From positions 1 to 13,603 of the forward strand of contig NW_021826113.1 in NCBI RefSeq assembly GCF_006345805.1: a DNA stretch of 13,603 bases, given 5' to 3'. The notes below the pieces were generated by a model. That model was not told where the DNA came from. It did not search any database and was given only the letters and a program-made list of their open reading frames with translations. The stretch is from Octopus sinensis (Eukaryota). Made by a program: the position numbers and the translations under genes. This document shows, piece after piece, positions 9,791 through 13,603 of this stretch (the stretch's first letter is position 1; each line of letters begins with the position of its first letter).

Positions 9791-10080
9791 AAGGCACATG
9801 GCCTAGTGGTTATAGCAGCGAACTTGCAGTCGAGGGATTACCGGTTCGAATCTCAGACCGGGTGATGTGTGTGCTTATGAGCGAAACACATAAGTTCTAC
9901 GTGGCTCCGGCAGAAGGTAATGGCAAACTTCTGCTGACTCTTTCACCACAACTTTCTCTCACTTTCTCTCACTCTTTCCTCCTGCATCTTGCAGCTCACC
10001 TGCGACGGACCTAGATGCCAAGGCAACCACCGGGAAACCGGCCCTTATGAGCGAGGCATGGCTGGAGAAGGAACAAACAA
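9791..10080 (+). mobile_element. tRNA-derived SINE (T2 tail, partly deleted)
   Basis: A box TGGCCTAGTGG at 9799-9809 and B box GGTTCGAATCT at 9843-9853. Body shared with the 7501 copy. 10-bp duplication ACTTTCTCTC x2 at 9951-9970. Tail ctgcgacggac...cgggaaaccggccc. Confidence 0.85.
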
Positions 10081-10228
10081 TATATACACATACACACACG
10101 CACATACACACAAACACTCACACATATATACGAGTCAGTGAACAAACAAAATAAGGGGACTCAACACATTTATTGGGAGTTACATGTATGGATCAGAAAA
10201 GTTTGATTCAAATTCGTTTGTTCTCCGA

Positions 10229-10299
10229 GTTTCAGGCGTGATGCTAATCTTCAGCCATTTTGAATTGGAATGGCTGAAGATTAGCATCACGCCTGAAAC
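10229..10299. other. Perfect 31-bp inverted repeat with a 9-nt loop
   Basis: GTTTCAGGCGTGATGCTAATCTTCAGCCATT (10229-10259) and its exact reverse complement (10269-10299); loop TTGAATTGG. Confidence 0.97.
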
Positions 10300-10340
10300 A
10301 GTTTGTGTGCGCGCGCATGCATGTATGTTCATATATTATA

Positions 10341-10580
10341 TCTTATTTGTTTCAGACATGAGACTGCGGCCATGCTAGGGCACCGCTTTGAAAATTTTTT
10401 AGTCCCAATCCCAGCAATTTTTAAAGCTTCATACTTATTTCATCGGTCTTTGTAAAATCTATTCGCAAGGCCTAATACTATTGCAGGTCACATTTGTACA
10501 AGATGCTACGCCGTGGGATAGAATCGGCAACTATACAGTTGCAAAGCGCGCTTTTGTGTTTTCACTCACACAGCCATTAG
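10341..10580 (-). mobile_element. Old, internally deleted SINE (tggctgtgtg head plus T1 tail)
   Basis: Plus strand shows tcttatttgtttcagacatgagactgcggccatgctagggcaccgc (tail), tacttattttcatcggtc, caagatgctacgccgtgggatagaatc and cacacagcca at 10567-10576 (reverse complement of the A-box-like TGGCTGTGTG). Confidence 0.6.
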
Positions 10581-11238
10581 TTGCTATTACGTGTTTCGAT
10601 TTTGAATCAACAAATTTTTGTTACAACAATCGATTACTTTTCACGATATTGGAGTGTCAAAGGTTCTAAAACGACTCTCACACCGAATGGCTAAAGTAAA
10701 CAGAAGTCACACATAGCTGGAGATACAATTTTTTATTTTAATAGTAAATATTTATTTAAAGTTCATCACAGTTCTATTTTTGCTCATAATCACTTGAGTG
10801 GAACTAATTTTGAAAATCATTAATTCTTTGTTTATGGCTGTTTATTGCACCGTTTAATTTATATATGTAATTATTTCATCGAACTTAAAAAAAACAGAAG
10901 TCAAGGACGGAACAAACTTGAGTAGAAAATCAATAAAATTAAATATTAGTTTTCAATACCAATGAATTACTAAATTGTGTACGTGCCAAATAAATTCCAA
11001 GCTACTGTAACTAAACCCACTTCATACATTTATAAATGGTTCAAATTCTATTTATTCTCTCTCCAACCGTGGCCGCTCAACAAACTATATCACGATACGT
11101 TTGAACAGCTCTTGACAACAAACACATCTTCAAATCGCAAAATTACCGTTCTAGAAAAATTCAACGATACACCGGATATTAAGACCCGTGTGCTCTATTA
11201 TATATTGTATGAGACCGCCAGGGCTGGCCTAGTGGTTA

Positions 11239-11784
11239 TTTCGAGTCTACGCGCTTCAACAGAAAGGAATAAGAGAAAATAAAGAGAGAGAATAAAAGAA
11301 AAACTGGTGGATTTAGCGCTCAAGTATGGCGACTGGTTGCGATAAAAGGTTTGACAGGGGAGGATGAAAGGATGGGAGATAATAAAGTATTAGTGATCCC
11401 GAAACTAAGGTGCGCGTGCTTATTTGAAGGAGGGATTAGGTAGGTTGGGAAAATGTGCGAAGTAGAGCGGTCGGACTGGAGTTGCAGGAAGGTTCGAAGA
11501 ATGGTAGGTTGGAGGGGAAAGTTGGAGGGGTGGTAGGTGAGGGGAAAAGGGAGACAAACAACGGCGGGGCGGGTGCAGGGAGAAAGAGAGAAGAGGCACG
11601 GTCCGCGGAAAGTGCCCTGGCAAGGGCTGTGTGGATACTGGTGAGGCGATATGTACGAAGGATGAAGTAGCGAGACTGAGTCTCAAACTAATGGTTGTGA
11701 TTGCAGATCCTGCGCAGACAGGGGAATTGGGAGTAGGGGATGGAGAGTTTGATGTGGGTAGGGTAGGAGGAGGAGATATGTATC
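11239..11784 (-). mobile_element. Penelope-like element fragment: RT C-terminal/thumb and linker remnant, then a 3' region with a broken hammerhead-like motif
   Basis: Minus-strand translation: SSSYPTHIKLSIPYSQFPCLRRICNHNH*FETQSRYFILRTYRLTSIHTALARALSADRASSL, then a frameshift near 11575, then VCLPFPLTYHPSNFPLQPTILRTFLQLQSDRSTSHIFPT. This fits PLE motifs SSHP..K.SIPYSQFLRLRRIC, RGYP, PLVLTYHP and LQ.D..T..IF. SIPYSQF is at 11724-11744 and the stop at 11688-11690. CTGTTGA-A-GCGC-GTAG-ACTC-GAAA lies at 11262-11239. Confidence 0.85.
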
Positions 11785-11858
11785 GGTTCCATAGCTCAGT
11801 TGATTAGAGCGCCAGTCAACTAAACTGGAGGTCGAGTGTTCGATTTCCCTTAGTGCCT
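11785..11858 (+). pseudogene. tRNA-like sequence, probably derived from tRNA-Thr; anticodon triplet reads ACT
   Basis: GGTTCCA-TA-GCTC-AGTTGATTA-GAGC-G-CCAGT-CAACTAA-ACTGG-AGGTC-GAGTG-TTCGATT-TCCCT-TAGTGCC-T. D and anticodon stems pair perfectly; acceptor stem has 2 mismatches; T stem is mostly broken. TTTT at 11862-11865. Confidence 0.75.
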
Positions 11859-11869
11859 TGGTTTTACTG

Positions 11870-11925
11870 TTGGTACCCCAGTGTGGCCGCAGCCTCCAGG
11901 TTGAAACTTATAAAAGTATAGAAGG
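11870..11925 (+). mobile_element. T1-type SINE tail fragment
   Basis: ttggtaccccagtgtggccgcagcctccaggttgaaacttataaaag matches the ggcggtgccccagcatggccgc...tgaaac...aaaag tail. Confidence 0.6.
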
Positions 11926-11930
11926 ATATA

Positions 11931-11988
11931 TATGTGTATGTATGTATGTATGTATGTATGTATGTATGTATGTATGTATGTGTATGTG
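11931..11988. repeat. (TATG)n microsatellite
   Basis: Read directly from the sequence. Confidence 0.95.
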
Positions 11989-11989
11989 T

Positions 11990-12132
11990 CGAACGGTTTT
12001 CGACTACCGAATCCAATCACAAGCTTTTTTTCGGCTGGGGCTATAGTACAAGACACTCGCCCGAAGGTGCCACGCTATCGGACTAGACATGGAAACCTGA
12101 TTGCGGGGGAGGCTTCTTACAATTGGGCACAC
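11990..12132 (-). mobile_element. 5' portion of a CORE-like tRNA SINE, degenerate
   Basis: Reverse complement gcgtggcaccttcgggcgagtgtcttgtactatagccccagccga aligns to 13556-13603 at about 37/50 positions by hand. Confidence 0.75.
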
Positions 12133-12170
12133 GTATGGATATTACACACACAGGCATGCGCACATTCGCA

Positions 12171-12201
12171 CAGACAGACAGACAGACACATAGATAGATA
12201 A

Positions 12202-12255
<54 letters not shown>

Positions 12256-12276
12256 TGAGATAGATAGAGAGATAGA
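12171..12276. repeat. (GACA)n/(GATA)n/(GA)n compound microsatellite
   Basis: Read directly from the sequence. Confidence 0.95.
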
Positions 12277-12932
12277 AGTGCACACGTGACCGCGGGTATG
12301 TGCCTAAGTAGGCACATATGTATGTATATGGGTGTAGGTACGTGAGTATATATGGACGTTTGTGTATATGAATGCATGTATGTCCGTATGTATGTATGTA
12401 CATCAGTACTTACGTATATATTCTTATATACGTATACATGTATGAATATGTTGCGCATTTATGCGAATGTTCATACACGATAGCCTTTTTTTTTTTTTGC
12501 AGCTTTCTGTATAAGCCTACGCAAAAGAATTGGTTTCCATCTAAACATCAGAATGCAATCGTTGGCATTTAGGTAAAACACCAAAAAAATACATTAAAAT
12601 GTTATCTATTTAGTCTAAAAGAATTCTTTCATATTTTCACTTTTGCACTTGGAAATTGAATTTTGTAGAATTTGTGTTTCTTTGCTCGAAAACTGCAGCT
12701 TTCTGAGATTATAATTTCAACACTTTCTCACATAACCGTGTTTGCCATTCATTATGAATGCAAATGTTTAGCTATAATCTGAAAAGAGTATTTGGAAATT
12801 TCCGACGAGCTTTGCACGAACGTTTTGCTTATAATTACCGGAATTAAATATTCGCATTAGTTGTGCAGTTCACCTCTAAATCAGGTACATAATTTATGAG
12901 TAAATACGCGTATGTCCATGCGTGCGTAAAAG

Positions 12933-13078
12933 TATATGTGTGTTTGTCTTTGTGCTTTTATGCGCATGTGCGTGTATGTATATGTATATTTATGCACATA
13001 TACATACATACACACACACATACATACATGTATATATATATGCATATATGTATATATACATATATATATATGATATAT

Positions 13079-13138
<60 letters not shown>

Positions 13139-13180
13139 TGTGGTGTGTGTGTATGTATATATGCATACATGCATGTATGA
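12933..13180. repeat. Compound (TG)/(CA)/(TA) microsatellite
   Basis: Read directly from the sequence. Confidence 0.9.
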
Positions 13181-13430
13181 ATGAATGAGAGGAACTGGAT
13201 GGATTTATGGGGTGTACTTAATTGTAGATATGCGGATTCTGTGTAGATCTTCTTGCAATTATATAAACACAGCATAGCGATGCTGATTATCCACCGAAGA
13301 ATCTGATACATGCCACGTCTTCTTCAATCGTGCATTCTTCGATGACTTCAAAAGCAGTAGTAAAGAAAACAAACCGCACAGTCAACCACCGGATAGCTTA
13401 AAGTGGTCTTTCTTCCACACTTCATATGAT

Positions 13431-13442
13431 TATTATATATAT

Positions 13443-13487
<45 letters not shown>
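13431..13487. repeat. (TA)n microsatellite
   Basis: Read directly from the sequence. Confidence 0.95.
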
Positions 13488-13603
13488 GGCGCGGGAGTGG
13501 CTGTGTGGTAAGTAGCTTGTCTTACCAACCACATGGTCCGGGTTCAGTCCTACTACGTGGCAACTTGGGAAAGTGTCTGCTAGTATAGACTCGAGCCGAC
13601 CAA
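13488..13603 (+). mobile_element. 5' part of a CORE-like tRNA SINE, cut by the window end
   Basis: ggcgcgggag, then A-box-like TGGCTGTGTGG (13498-13508), B-box-like GGGTTCAGTCC (13540-13550) and CORE-like gtggcaacttgggaaagtgtct. Confidence 0.85.

Noticed and set aside
11225-11238. A-box-like TGGCCTAGTGGTTA identical to the 9799 SINE head
   Set aside because: No B box or SINE body follows; at most a tiny remnant at the PLE boundary.
11514-11551. Possible G-quadruplex (GGGG/GGGG/GGGG/GGG)
   Set aside because: Loops are long (9, 10, 4 nt), and the G-richness is explained by antisense C-rich PLE codons.
11420-11686. Pro-rich ORF and the opposite-strand ORF 11455..11670
   Set aside because: Both are shadow frames of the Penelope-like fragment.
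492-13311. The many ORFs rich in HT, VC, IY, YVCM or THSL repeats
   Set aside because: They are read-throughs of TG/CA, TA, TATG and GAGT microsatellites, open on both strands and in several frames, with no coding signal.
13190-13420. Complex island with ORF start MYQILRWIISIAMLCLY
   Set aside because: The frames I translated contain stops, I recognise no domain, and the ORF length comes from running into a microsatellite.
1-13603. CRISPR array, operon or other prokaryotic system
   Set aside because: There are no regularly spaced repeats with unique spacers and no gene-dense architecture; the sequence is plainly eukaryotic repeat DNA.

Overview
This is repeat-dense, AT-rich eukaryotic non-coding DNA (intergenic or deep intronic). 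The microsatellite load and the tRNA-derived SINE families match my recollection of octopod (Octopus-like) genomes; that assignment is pattern recognition, not a database result. I find no intact protein-coding gene. Nearly all ORFs in the supplied track are microsatellite read-throughs, and the two real protein homologies lie in frames the track does not show. Contents: about ten SINE copies or fragments built from shuffled head, core and tail modules; a 5'-truncated R4/Dong-like RLE LINE between (TAA)n arrays; a Penelope-like element (PLE) fragment with a broken hammerhead-like motif; a separate near-intact minimal hammerhead ribozyme (4096-4143); a Mutator-like MITE with a perfect 9-bp TSD; a second fold-back element; a perfect 31-bp hairpin of pre-miRNA size; a tRNA-Thr-like pseudogene; and many microsatellites. 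I see no convincing new multi-gene system. The best leads are small structured RNA/DNA elements.
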